Positions 27,675 through 38,700 of a stretch of 59,537 nt of DNA are shown one piece after another. Each line of letters opens with the position of its first letter. Position 1 is the stretch's first letter. The translations under genes were made by a program, and so were the position numbers. The notes under the pieces are model-generated. The model ran no database searches and was not told the origin of the DNA. It saw only the letters and a program-made list of their open reading frames with translations. This stretch comes from Parafilimonas sp. (GTDB taxonomy: Bacteria > Bacteroidota > Bacteroidia > Chitinophagales > Chitinophagaceae): assembly GCA_035547495.1 (NCBI GenBank), contig DASZUY010000238.1, positions 1-59,537 of the forward strand, written 5' to 3'.

Positions 27675-30600
27675 TCATCTTAATAAAGTTATATCACCTT
27701 TCTTTCTTAAAGTTGTATTATCAGTAAAGGTTATGCTCAATGTGTAAGCGTACACATCTTGCGGTTGCAAAACACCTTTATATCTTCCATCCCAGCCATT
27801 ACTAATGTTGGTTGAAGTGAAAACAAGTTGCCCCCACCTGTTATAAATACTCCACGTCATTTTTGCAACGCCATAACCATTCACACTTATTACATCATTA
27901 ATGCCATCACCGTTCGGAGAAAATGCATTTGGAACATCTGCAAGCGGCGAAATTAAAGCAGCAATTCTCTGGCAGCTTGTATCGGTACATCCGTTTGCAT
28001 TAAACGCAATTAAACAAACATTGAAAGTATCTGAAAGATTAAATAAATGGCTTACCGGCAATTGATTGGTTGTTGCTAAAGTATCACCATCACCAAAATC
28101 CCATTTGTATCTTACTGCATTTGTTGAAAGATTAGTGAACTCAAATGGCGTGTTTTCTTTTGGCTCTGTCGGGCTTACCGAAAATGATGCCGTTGGTCCT
28201 TCCACAACTGTAACCGTTCCTGTTGTATCATCTGTTGTGTTACAGGTTGAGTTATCTGTTGCTGTAAGATGAACAGTATAAGTTCCCGGATTTTGATACA
28301 GGTGTGTTGGATAAGCATCTGTAGATGTACTGCCATCGCCAAAATCCCATAAAAATTGCTGACCGCCTAAGGACGTATTATTGAATACGGCATTATAAGG
28401 CGAACAACCAATCGCAGGTGTTTCAAACTGCGCAAGCAACACATCTGAAACCCTTAGCTGCTGCACAACAGAATCAGGCGAGTTGCAGTATGTAGTATCG
28501 CTTAAATATAATTTTACATTATAAGTTCCGGGTGCACTATAAGAATGCTGAACAGTTGCAGTATTTGAAACAAGCGTAGTGCCATCACCAAAATCCCAGG
28601 TAAAATCATTCGGTCCAAAAGGAGAACCGGCAGGTGGTGTAGAAGTGTTTGTGAAATTATAGTTGAAGGATTGACATGGCGGAAGCTTGGCGATTGTAAA
28701 ACCCAGGTCAGCTTTATTACTGCGGGCTTTAATAGTTAAGTAAGCTGTATCTGCTGTGTTGCATGATGATGAATCTATGCTGATAAGTCTTACATGATAA
28801 TCTCCAATGTTATTGTATGTGTGGCTGGTGTTTGGCACTGTTGTACTCACATCAGGTGAACCATCACCAAAACTCCATACATATTTTTTGCCGAGGGCGA
28901 TGGTGTCTGCAAAATCAACCGTAAGTGGAATGCAACCAACGCTATCTCTTATTACACCATTAATTGATGAACGTATTGATGCAATAACACCCGATAATTC
29001 AAATGCGATTTTAACTGCAGCTTCATTACACTTTGCGCCTGTTTCTGCAGGATTGCCCGGGCTCCATGAACCTGTAGTAGTAGGAAATATCCCCGTTTTT
29101 CCGCAGTTAGCACAAACCGCTTGGTAAATCACACCGCGCCTGTCAAAGCGGCTGGTGCCACCATCCACATGATCGCCATAAGCATTTGGGTCGTTGGTTC
29201 CAAAAAAGCTGCCGAATAACTGGCTCAACGCATCCTTCTCTAACACGAAAAAGTAAAAATCATTTCCATCAGTTGTTCTTGAAATTGCGTTTGATGTTGT
29301 AGGCATTCCTACCAGCGTTGAATTTTTTATATATTCAAAATTGGCTTTACCACCCCATCCTGAAACGTAAACATTGCCGCAGATATCTACAAGAAATGCT
29401 GTCGGTGATATATCGGGAGTTCCCCCGCCTTTCCCAAAATTTGCGTTGTATAAAACCTGTGTAAGATCGGGGCTTAGTTTTGTAATGAATTGTTTCCCGT
29501 TTGCCTGGTTGCCATTTGCATTAAAAGGAGACTTATAAACAGGAAAGGTTTGTGTTGTTGTACCCATGATGTATGGATAACCAAATTTATCCGTTTGTAC
29601 ACCATACACAAGATCGTCGCCCGCCGTGCCAACGTACACTGTTTTAATCAGCGTATTTGCATCAGCGCTTAATTCAGTGATAAATCCATCGCAATTTCCG
29701 TTTTGATATGTTGAATGTATAATGCCTTGCGGCGCATTGCTTGCATTAGCAGCCATATCTTTACTTGTAGTGCCACCGCCAATATAAATGTTGCCGGTGG
29801 TTTTACTAATTGTTACCACAAATGCAGCATCCTGATCACTTCCGCCTAAATATGTGCTGTTATAAATTGTGTTTAAATCAGTACTTGCTTTTATAAATAC
29901 GCCATCCTGCGAGCCACCCAATGATTTTTTAAATGCATTTGATGTAACCGGAAAATCACCTGACTGTGTACAGCTTGCTAAATAAATATTATCGTTGTTA
30001 TCGGTGATCACTTCGCTACGCGCATCGTCGCCATAATTTCTGCGGATGGTTGGTGTGCCTACAGCTTGGTTTGCATATTTAGGTGCGATGTTCACACCAT
30101 CAGAACCGCTGCCGCCAAATTTTCTTGAAGCAAGCAATGTTTTTCCATCGGCACTTAGTTTGGCAAGAACAATATCAAAACCGCCACCTTTTCCAAATGT
30201 GGGCGCGGTCGCCGGAAAATCTACCGATGTTGTTCTGCCTGCAATTATAAGATTTCCCCGGCTATCAACTATTAAACTATGTGGTTGCTCATCGCCGCTG
30301 CCGCCTAAATAAGTTGCGAAAAGCGCAAGGCTGCCATTCGGATTAAATTTTATGATAGAGATATCGCACGCAATTTGAGCGCCTTCACTTCCATCACCAC
30401 CATTATAACTTATGTCATAACCACCGAGACCGCGGTTAACGAAGCCGTTATCAAAAGCTATTCCACCGGCATACAAATCTCCTGCATTATCGTAGGTTGC
30501 GGTATAACCCCAATCATCGCATGTACTTCCAACAAAGCTTGCAAATATTTCTGTCGGATCAATAATTATGGTTGAATTCTTATCATAATCACCCAACTTA

Positions 30601-31382
30601 AAATGTACTTCATCGCCTTGTATATCAAAAGCCGCTTTTACTTTATTTTTTAAACCTTTTATAATCTGGTAACTGGAAGGAATGGCTTGAAAAATATCTC
30701 CCAAACTTGTGTGCATGGTTAAATTACCATACTTGTTTTTAATCAAGCCCGAAAGCCCTGAAAACTTCAACGCTACCTTGCTAACATCAGCGCCGGGTTT
30801 TATAATGATGTCGTATTTAAGATTGCCATTATCGGAATAATATCTTACATCCACATTCTTATAAACATTTTTGTAAGTGACACCGTTGTAAACTTTGCAA
30901 CCTGTTGCCCACTTCGTGCTGTCCGATCCAAGAAAATAATTGTTGTAAGTATTTAACGGTTTATCTGGTTCGGCAACAGCATTACTGTCTGCATTTAAAA
31001 AACTTACCTGGTAGGCATGGCAATGAAGTTTAAGATCCCCCGCATCTTTTATAGCACTTGCGGTGTTATGCGCTTTTTCCATACTTGCGGCTGTTGCCAT
31101 GTTTACTGCCTTTCCGGTATCTGTATTGTTTGCGTTAGTTGAATTATTTACATGTCCGCCAAAAAAATCGGAGATTCTTTGAAGATCATCTTTATCGCGA
31201 AGAATAACTTTGTAACCGTTGGGTTGCAGCGCCAAATCGTTTCCATTAAAACTTGCTTTGAATTTTACTGATTTATCCCACTGACCTTTATTTTCTATAA
31301 ACTGCAGGTATTGTGCATTAGATTTTAATGCAAGGCAAATAAAAAACAGGCTGATGCAAGCCGCGAAGTACTTTCTGTTCAA
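27675..31382 (-). CDS. Secreted SBBP-repeat/PKD protein with gliding-motility (T9SS type B) C-terminal domain
   Basis: FIENKGQW, ATYLGGSGDE-type repeats, four W(D/S)FGDG PKD motifs, VPNAFSPNGDGIND...IYNRWG...GWDG...GDITLLR. Confidence 0.92.
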   Translation of the reverse strand: MNRKYFAACISLFFICLALKSNAQYLQFIENKGQWDKSVKFKASFNGNDLALQPNGYKVILRDKDDLQRISDFFGGHVNNSTNANNTDTGKAVNMATAASMEKAHNTASAIKDAGDLKLHCHAYQVSFLNADSNAVAEPDKPLNTYNNYFLGSDSTKWATGCKVYNGVTYKNVYKNVDVRYYSDNGNLKYDIIIKPGADVSKVALKFSGLSGLIKNKYGNLTMHTSLGDIFQAIPSSYQIIKGLKNKVKAAFDIQGDEVHFKLGDYDKNSTIIIDPTEIFASFVGSTCDDWGYTATYDNAGDLYAGGIAFDNGFVNRGLGGYDISYNGGDGSEGAQIACDISIIKFNPNGSLALFATYLGGSGDEQPHSLIVDSRGNLIIAGRTTSVDFPATAPTFGKGGGFDIVLAKLSADGKTLLASRKFGGSGSDGVNIAPKYANQAVGTPTIRRNYGDDARSEVITDNNDNIYLASCTQSGDFPVTSNAFKKSLGGSQDGVFIKASTDLNTIYNSTYLGGSDQDAAFVVTISKTTGNIYIGGGTTSKDMAANASNAPQGIIHSTYQNGNCDGFITELSADANTLIKTVYVGTAGDDLVYGVQTDKFGYPYIMGTTTQTFPVYKSPFNANGNQANGKQFITKLSPDLTQVLYNANFGKGGGTPDISPTAFLVDICGNVYVSGWGGKANFEYIKNSTLVGMPTTSNAISRTTDGNDFYFFVLEKDALSQLFGSFFGTNDPNAYGDHVDGGTSRFDRRGVIYQAVCANCGKTGIFPTTTGSWSPGNPAETGAKCNEAAVKIAFELSGVIASIRSSINGVIRDSVGCIPLTVDFADTIALGKKYVWSFGDGSPDVSTTVPNTSHTYNNIGDYHVRLISIDSSSCNTADTAYLTIKARSNKADLGFTIAKLPPCQSFNYNFTNTSTPPAGSPFGPNDFTWDFGDGTTLVSNTATVQHSYSAPGTYNVKLYLSDTTYCNSPDSVVQQLRVSDVLLAQFETPAIGCSPYNAVFNNTSLGGQQFLWDFGDGSTSTDAYPTHLYQNPGTYTVHLTATDNSTCNTTDDTTGTVTVVEGPTASFSVSPTEPKENTPFEFTNLSTNAVRYKWDFGDGDTLATTNQLPVSHLFNLSDTFNVCLIAFNANGCTDTSCQRIAALISPLADVPNAFSPNGDGINDVISVNGYGVAKMTWSIYNRWGQLVFTSTNISNGWDGRYKGVLQPQDVYAYTLSITFTDNTTLRKKGDITLLR

Positions 31383-31432
31383 TTCAATTGTTTTGAATTA
31401 TTATATAAAACGATTTTGCTTATAATTTGTTG

Positions 31433-33541
31433 TCAGGAAATCTTACTCCACACAGTTTTTCCCTTTTGCGATAATAAGAAATTTTTCAGAGCGATGTTTT
31501 CGGGTTTTGTAAGATTTTCGTCATCCTCTAAAACCAGTTCCGCATAATGTTTTGCTGTGTCAAGTAATTCTTTATCATTGACTATACTTGCCAGCTTAAA
31601 GTTTAACATTCCACTCTGTTTTGTTCCCTCAATTTCTCCCGGCCCGCGCAGTTCCAAATCTTTCTCTGCGATTTTAAATCCATCGTTTGTACTGCACATT
31701 ATTTTAAGCCGTTCCCTTGCTTCATTACTAATTTTAAATGGTGATAGAAAGATACAATAACTTTTGTCAGCGCCTCTGCCCACTCTGCCTCTTAGCTGAT
31801 GCAGTTGCGATAATCCAAATTTTTCCGCGCTTTCAATTACCATTACCGAAGCGTTCGGTATATCAATACCTACTTCTATTACCGTTGTGCCCACGAGTAT
31901 TTGCGTATCGCCATCTTTAAATCGTTTCATATTTTCATCCCGCTGTTGTACCGGCATTTTGCCGTGCACCATACTCAGGCTGTAAAGATGTTCAGGGAAA
32001 AAGCTTTTTACCTGTTCATAACCTGCCATCAAATTTTCATAACTCAACTTTTCGCTTTCCTCAATCAAAGGATAAACAAAAAAAGCCTGCCTGCCTTTTG
32101 CAATTTCAGATTGTACGAATTCCATTACCGAAGCTCTTTTTGTTTCATAACGGTGAACCGTAATTACCGGTTGCCTCCCCGGCGGCAACTCGTTAATAAT
32201 ACTGTAATCCAAATCACCGTACGCCGTCATGGCAAGCGTTCGCGGAATAGGCGTTGCCGTCATCACCAAAACATGCGGTGGAATTTCTGCCTTACCCCAA
32301 AGCTTTGCACGCTGTGCAACGCCAAACCTGTGTTGCTCATCAATAATTACCAATCCCAGGTTTTTAAATTTTACGGCATCTTCTATAACCGCATGGGTAC
32401 CTACGAGCAAATGCAGTTTCCCGTTTTTTAACGCATCAAGAATAACTTTTCTTTCAGCCGTTTTTGTGCTGCCGGTTAACAGTTGAACTTCTATTGAGGT
32501 TTCCTTTAATAAATTCCTGAGATTATTAAAATGCTGCTGCGCAAGAATTTCGGTGGGCGCCATCATGCAGCTTTGGTAGCCGTTATCTGCAGCCAGCAAC
32601 ATTATCAGCAATGCAACAATTGTTTTTCCGCTGCCCACATCGCCCTGCAACAAACGGTTCATTTGATGACCTTTTGCCGTATCTGTTCTTATTTCTTTTA
32701 CCACCCGTTTTTGCGCGCCGGTTAATTCAAAAGGCAAATAATTATTGTAAAATGAATTGAAATGTTCGCCTACTTTTTCAAAAACAACACCGCGACTTTT
32801 CCGATGCCGTTGCCCGCGGATCATGCTGAGACGCAGTTGCGCCAGGAAAAGTTCTTCAAACTTCAATCGTTTTACAGCCTGCTCATATTCCTGCTGCGAT
32901 TTTGGGAAATGAATTGAAACGATCGCATCAAAACGGTTTAATAAACCCAGTTTTTTCTTTATGACTTCAGGAATATTTTCCGGGATATCTTTTTCTGAGA
33001 TCTGCGGCAACAAAGCGGCTACCAGTTTTGCAATTTGCTTTGCGGCTAAACCTTTTGCTTTTAATTTTTCTGTAGTTGTATAAACAGGTTCTAAAAATTT
33101 TCCGCCTGCCAGTTCTGGTTTGTAAGGTTCAATTTCCGGGTGGGTGATCTGCGGTTTATTATTAAACACGCCCACTTTTCCAAACACCAGGTATTCGCTA
33201 CCCTCGTGCAAGATCTTTTGTATCCATTGAATGCCCTGGAACCAGATCAATTCAATTTCGCCGGTATCATCCTGCAGCCATGCAATTAAGCGCCTGGCAC
33301 TTCTTTGCCCGATGATCTCCATGCCGGTTACCCTGCCTACAATTTGTACATAATTATTTTGAAAAGCTATATGTGCGATCTTATCAATTCTTGTGCGGTC
33401 AACATGGCGAAAGGGGTAATGCTGCAGCAGATCGTTAAACGTAAAAATGCCGAGCTCTTTTTTTAAAAGATCTGCCCGCAAAGGACCAACACCTTTTAAA
33501 TATTCAATGGGAGAACTTAATATGGATGCTGTGTTGCTTAT
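31433..33541 (-). CDS. recG: ATP-dependent DNA helicase RecG; start probably upstream of the track's TTG
   Basis: LQGDVGSGKT, DEQHRFG, MTATPIPRT, QLRGRVGRG. The conserved SPIEYLKGVGP lies in frame upstream of 33481, and the frame is closed by TAA at 33548-33550. Confidence 0.95.
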   Translation of the reverse strand: MSNTASILSSPIEYLKGVGPLRADLLKKELGIFTFNDLLQHYPFRHVDRTRIDKIAHIAFQNNYVQIVGRVTGMEIIGQRSARRLIAWLQDDTGEIELIWFQGIQWIQKILHEGSEYLVFGKVGVFNNKPQITHPEIEPYKPELAGGKFLEPVYTTTEKLKAKGLAAKQIAKLVAALLPQISEKDIPENIPEVIKKKLGLLNRFDAIVSIHFPKSQQEYEQAVKRLKFEELFLAQLRLSMIRGQRHRKSRGVVFEKVGEHFNSFYNNYLPFELTGAQKRVVKEIRTDTAKGHQMNRLLQGDVGSGKTIVALLIMLLAADNGYQSCMMAPTEILAQQHFNNLRNLLKETSIEVQLLTGSTKTAERKVILDALKNGKLHLLVGTHAVIEDAVKFKNLGLVIIDEQHRFGVAQRAKLWGKAEIPPHVLVMTATPIPRTLAMTAYGDLDYSIINELPPGRQPVITVHRYETKRASVMEFVQSEIAKGRQAFFVYPLIEESEKLSYENLMAGYEQVKSFFPEHLYSLSMVHGKMPVQQRDENMKRFKDGDTQILVGTTVIEVGIDIPNASVMVIESAEKFGLSQLHQLRGRVGRGADKSYCIFLSPFKISNEARERLKIMCSTNDGFKIAEKDLELRGPGEIEGTKQSGMLNFKLASIVNDKELLDTAKHYAELVLEDDENLTKPENIALKNFLLSQKGKTVWSKIS

Positions 33542-33676
33542 ACAATTTTATAAGTAACAAATATCTGAATGAATGCTTAATGTTGATGCTTATTATGCAG
33601 ACGCTTATAAGTGATTTAAAGATTTCGGTTGGTGAGGAGAGGCTGACCGATAGGTAAACGCTTGTGTACGCATGTT

Positions 33677-34327
33677 TTAGTGATTTAAATATAAAGTGTC
33701 CGAAATATATCTCCCCGGGTATGAAAAATAATAAACGCCGTCATTAAATTTCAAAAGGTCAATTTTTTTTGTTTTTGGAAAGTCACTTACTTCTATCAAT
33801 GAATCGTCTTTTAACCTATATATTTTATTCCTAAGTTTTTTCAAGTATAAGGAATCAATATTTACGTGTAAACTTCCAATTTTAATCAGTCTCCCATTAT
33901 TATAAATTAAATCATACTCAGTTGAATTTAAAATTTTTTCCGGGTCAAGTTTAATGCTAATATTACTCCCGTTCTTAATTAGCCAGCAATCACCAAAGGG
34001 AGCAAGGGTTGAACCCTGTGTATAAAAAAATAATGTTGAATCATTAATGATTTGAACATTTTTAAATTCATTCCACATTTCCGTTGCGGGTTCAAGCACA
34101 AATAACTTCTTATTCTTTTTCAAAAAATACAAATCATTAACTGCTCCTTCAGCATAATAAAATTCATAGTTTTTAGTCCTTATCAGAGTGTCAATTTTGC
34201 CTTTTTTAAAATTTTTACGTGTAGTTAAATAGTCAGAACTGACTTGTTCAAAGTGAGGCTTTTTATTAGCAGGAGAACAACCGATTAAGAGTAAAAGGAA
34301 AAGCAGTAAAGGTGAAGGTTTTGCCAT
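33677..34327 (-). CDS. Hypothetical lipoprotein
   Basis: MAKPSPLLLFLLLLIG-C lipobox from the ATG at 34327; no recognisable domain; very AT-rich. Confidence 0.6.
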   Translation of the reverse strand: MAKPSPLLLFLLLLIGCSPANKKPHFEQVSSDYLTTRKNFKKGKIDTLIRTKNYEFYYAEGAVNDLYFLKKNKKLFVLEPATEMWNEFKNVQIINDSTLFFYTQGSTLAPFGDCWLIKNGSNISIKLDPEKILNSTEYDLIYNNGRLIKIGSLHVNIDSLYLKKLRNKIYRLKDDSLIEVSDFPKTKKIDLLKFNDGVYYFSYPGRYISDTLYLNH

Positions 34328-34412
34328 TGTCAAAATTATGTACAACACATAAATATACACAACTCCCCAAAAAAATAGTATTGTTATTCCTCCAATACAT
34401 TTCCATTTAAAC

Positions 34413-34440
34413 AAAAAGCAGCGCCTTGCGGCGCCGCTTT
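34413..34440 (-). terminator. Rho-independent terminator
   Basis: On the minus strand AAAGCGGCGCC-GCAA-GGCGCTGCTTTTT, a hairpin with a GNRA loop and U tract. Confidence 0.8.
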
Positions 34441-34463
34441 CATCACCTAAAAAACAAACAAAC

Positions 34464-34620
34464 TTCCCCCTTTTCTAAGTTTGTTCTTCACTTTTATTCA
34501 AATTTTCCCCCTAAAAACTCAATCTTTTCCCCCCTTTTTCAAAATATTTCCCCCTTTTTCAGGAAGTTTCCCCCCTTTTATTGAATTTTTCTCCTCTTAT
34601 TACACTATAATTTCCCCTTT
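34464..34620. repeat. About 8 degenerate units of TTCCCCCTTT at ~21-bp period
   Basis: C-runs start at 34466, 34507, 34529, 34550, 34570 and 34614, with degenerate units near 34486 and 34591. Confidence 0.75.
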
Positions 34621-35561
34621 TAATGATTAATCATCCACGTAAACTTGCCCTCAATAAGCGTTGACGGGTTTACCACCGTTATTGAACTCCACCCTTTCTG
34701 TATGCCGAACTGTTCGTCTTTATGAATTATCTGCGGCGTGCCGGTAGTGGTGCTGCCTTTGTATAAATGCAGGTCGCCTTCGCCAATATTGGTAACGGCG
34801 GAACCGATTACTACCGATTTATTTGTTATCTGCTCCCCAATTTTCAGTTTTGTGGTGCGCAACCTGGGTTGTTGCGGGCTATGATCTACGGTAAAACCCC
34901 ATACACCGAGCGCCTTGGGATTGTTGCTGTACAACTTCATTAAAAAATTGCCGATGGCTTTTATGTGCGCCAGCACCGGCAGCCAAAGCTGGTTGCGTAA
35001 CTCCGTTTCGTTTTCGCTTTGCTGCGCTGCATCAAGAAAATTTTCGTTGTTGGCAGATGCCTGGTTTACAAAAGTAGCGTCGGTGGTAAGATCAATGTTT
35101 TGTTGTGTAAGAAACGGCTGCAACGGGCTGGTGCCGGTGCCATAGGTATTGTTTTGTATGTTGAAGGCAGTAAAAATTGCCACGCGATCTGTAAAAGCAG
35201 GCGGGTAATTTATTTTGCCGGTGTCGGTAATGGTGATGCCCCAGGTGCCGATCTGCTTGGTGTTGCCTTTATAAAAGCTTTTTAAGAACTGTGCGCAGCC
35301 GGTAAGGTGCTGCCAGGGCAGCTTAAAAAGATTATCGCGCAACTGGCGGTAGTTTTCGCTTTGCCGGCTGAGCAATGCCCGGTTTGTTTCGTGGGTTTGC
35401 GCATTGGTACCGGCGGTTGCATCGTCTGCCAGCACAATATTTTGCTGGATCAGAAATGCACTGATCGGACTTGAAGCGCCGAGATCTGTGTTTTGTTGAA
35501 TGATGTTTGAAAGCAGCGTACGCTGACTGGCAAAATCGTCGGGAATAATAAGGCGAGCCAT
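34620..35561 (-). CDS. Hypothetical protein with a tandem-duplicated ~112-aa helical domain
   Basis: SPISAFLIQQNI..QSEN..LR..FLKSFY..IGTWGITI versus SPLQPFLTQQNI..QSEN..LR..FLMKLY..LGVWGFTV. It has its own TATATTTG box at 35640-35647 (minus strand). Confidence 0.8.
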   Translation of the reverse strand: MARLIIPDDFASQRTLLSNIIQQNTDLGASSPISAFLIQQNIVLADDATAGTNAQTHETNRALLSRQSENYRQLRDNLFKLPWQHLTGCAQFLKSFYKGNTKQIGTWGITITDTGKINYPPAFTDRVAIFTAFNIQNNTYGTGTSPLQPFLTQQNIDLTTDATFVNQASANNENFLDAAQQSENETELRNQLWLPVLAHIKAIGNFLMKLYSNNPKALGVWGFTVDHSPQQPRLRTTKLKIGEQITNKSVVIGSAVTNIGEGDLHLYKGSTTTGTPQIIHKDEQFGIQKGWSSITVVNPSTLIEGKFTWMINH

Positions 35562-35720
35562 ATAGAGTTAAAATTTGGTGACAAGGTTAAAATGTTTCGG
35601 TACGTATTAGTTTGGGTTTTGCATGGGGTAAAGGCAAATCAAATATAGCAGATTTATTTAAAAGTTTTATGCGGGCATTGAGCGTTTTTAAAAGCGCGAC
35701 ATCATTCAAAATAAAAATAA

Positions 35721-35751
35721 AAAAAGCGCAGGTTGTTGTACCTGCGCTTTT
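35721..35751 (-). terminator. Rho-independent terminator
   Basis: AAAAGCGCAGGT-N6-ACCTGCGCTTTT perfect stem, downstream of the 35782 stop. Confidence 0.85.
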
Positions 35752-35781
35752 AGCTATACTAAAAATCAAGAGAAAGTTACT

Positions 35782-38700
35782 TTATTGTTTTACCAGTTTA
35801 AGTGTTTTAGTTGCTTTTGTATCCATATTCGTAACAACTACTGTGTAAACACCTGAACTTAAATTGCTGGCTGTTACAACTTTTAATGAATTCACTCCCT
35901 GGTTTGTGTTACTGAATGTATTTCTGTAAACAATCTTTCCGGTTGCATCGTACATCATTACCTGCATCTTGCTGCTGTTTTGAGAAGGCACCTGTAATGT
36001 GAACTGATCGTGGAAAGGATTAGGGAATGCTGTGATTTCACCATTAAATTTAGAAGCTGCAGCATCATCACCATTCAACAAATCTGTAATGCTTGTGATA
36101 ACGTTTTGTATCAGGTTGCCTGATTGTCCGCCTGAGTTTGGTAAAGTTGGAACTGTACCAGAAGTTGAAGGCGTGTATCCACCAATAACCATTGCAGCAA
36201 GGAATGCATACACAGATGAAGGTGAAGCCGTTTTAACTGTTATTGTTACATTACCATAGTTGTCTGGTGTTACACCGTAAATGGTTTGTGTAATGTTTGT
36301 ATTTAATGACGCATCGAGTACGGTAGTTTTACCATTGATGGTGTATGCTGTATTAAAGTCAGACCATGACTGGTTGCTTGCAAAGAATGTGAAATCGTAT
36401 TTCATTCCGATGTTTAAACCAGTGATCTGGAATGTAGCACTCTGACCCGGATACTCAGTATAGTTTTCAATGTTCACCGCATCAGGATAGATACCTGAAT
36501 TGTTGCCTGTATTTATACCGTAGTAAGAAATGTCTGACCAGCCGTTTGTTTCATACATACCAGTGCTTGTGATCATTCCTTTTTCATCGAGGAAGTTATT
36601 AAAGCTCATACCAACTTGCGGAGGAGCATTTAAGTTGTTCCAAGGTGTACCGGCAACGGTTGAAACACCCGGCCAGTAACCTGAATTTGCGGTGAAATTG
36701 ATATACACATTGTAACCGTAAGTGCTTGCTTTAACTGTGTTAGAGAAGCTTGAGTAAACAGAACCGCTAAACGTTGCTCTTACTGCATAATTGTAAGTTG
36801 TGTTTGTAGCAAGATTTGCATCGTTATAGGTAGTTGTTCCGGCACCTACTGTTGCAAGTAAAGTATAACTGCTTGCACCATCTGCAGCACGCCAGATCTG
36901 GTAACCTGTTTCATTGCTTGCCCTGTCTTGCCATTGCAAACCAATGGAATTGCGTGTAATAGTTGTTGTGCGCAAGTTTGCCGGTGCAATGGTTGTATAA
37001 GTAGGCAAGTAGCTTTGAACGATCATAGTGCTGATGAAATTATAATCAGCGCCGCTTGCTTTTTGTACTACTACGTATACTCTGCCAGATGCATCCGGAG
37101 TTATATTATTTATCTGAACTGTTTTGCTGATGTTACCTGTTGCATTTAATGTAACGGTAGTGCTTCCGATAGTAAAGTTGGTAGTACAATTCTTACCATC
37201 GAAGTGGCTGTTAAAGAATACGAAGTTGTATCTCTTAGATGTGCTTAAGCCGGTAAGCATGATGGTATCTTTAGTAGTGTTGGCATCGTAAAAAGCCGTT
37301 CTCATTACTACGTTAGGATAGATACCAACGCCTTCTACCGGTTGCATACCAGATTCTACCACACCGTTTCCGAAACCGTTCTTAAGGGTAAGCGTCATGC
37401 CTGTTGGTGTGTTACTGTCATCAAGCAAATTGCTTACAGATAAACCTGTGAACGGATAAGGTGCAACTATATTCCATGGTTTTGGAACAGGGTTCAAACC
37501 ATCCGTAAAGCTGATGTAGGTAGAAGAAATATTAGGATCTGAAACCAAAATATTAAATGATACAGAACTGCTGGCGTTGCTGTTATCAGTTGCAGTAACT
37601 GTAACATAGTAACCACCTACACTGTTAGCATTAGGCGTAACTGTTATTTTACCGGTTCCGTTTCCGTTATCAGTAAATGTTGCAAAAGAAGGAAGACCAG
37701 ATACTGATAAAGTAATATGATCTGTAGCATCATCTGTTGCAGTAATATTTACTGTTGTTGTTTGATTGCTCTTTAAAATAACATCGCTTATTGCGTTAAC
37801 TTTTGGAACTCTGTCTGCAGTAGTAATTGTTGCTACATTGCTGTATGCAGATGTGCCGTGTGTGTTAAACGCTGCGATCTTATAAGAGTAATCTACGTTG
37901 CCGCTTGCAGTTGTATCTATAAAGCTTGTTGCATTAGTACCCGTTTGACCAATTTGTGCATACACCTGGTTTGAAGATAATGCACGGTAAACATTGTAAC
38001 CTGATTCATTAAAGGCAACATCTTTCCATGTAAGTTGTACACCTGTGCCGGCAGCATTTTGTGCAGTAAGTGCAGTTGGTGCTGCAGGTGCGTTTCCATC
38101 ATCGTATGTGCTTGTTATAACCAGCGCATTAATGTAGCCTACCGGTGTGTTAAGACCTTTAGACATAGTGTAAGTGATGGTACCATCTGCTGCAGGTTGT
38201 ACACCATTTATAGATACAGTATTCTGTGTGTTGTTTTGAACGCGCAGTGTATCGCTCTGGTTTCCTATTGTGTAAACGGTTGAACCATTATCAGAAACAT
38301 TAGCGAAGTTGCTTGCACCAAAGAAAGTAAGGTTATACAATCTTGATGGATCAAGACCTGTAATCTTGGTATCAACTGTTTCAGGTCCGCCGTAGATTCC
38401 GAAGTAGAAATAATCTGCAAGAACTGCATCAGGATAAACACCAGAATTATTTCCTGTTGTAACACCTGAATTATAAGAACTCCACCAGCCTGTTTGTAAT
38501 GCTAAACCAACATTAGTTGAATGACCCTGATCATCAACCAGGTTGTTAGTTACATCACCTGTAACACTGTTCCATGGGCTGCCGATAGAAGTATTGTATT
38601 TAAAGCGCACATAAATACTTTGTGTTGGCGCTTTATCATTTATTACTAAAGTAAATGTAGCTGTAGTAATGCCGCCGTTACCATCATTTACAGTTACAAC

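Noticed and set aside
26630-31382. Type B CTD protein plus PorP/SprF pair as a novel system
   Set aside because: This is a well-established pairing in T9SS biology.
34464-34620. CRISPR array
   Set aside because: Units are about 10 bp, degenerate and at 21-bp period, and there are no cas genes.
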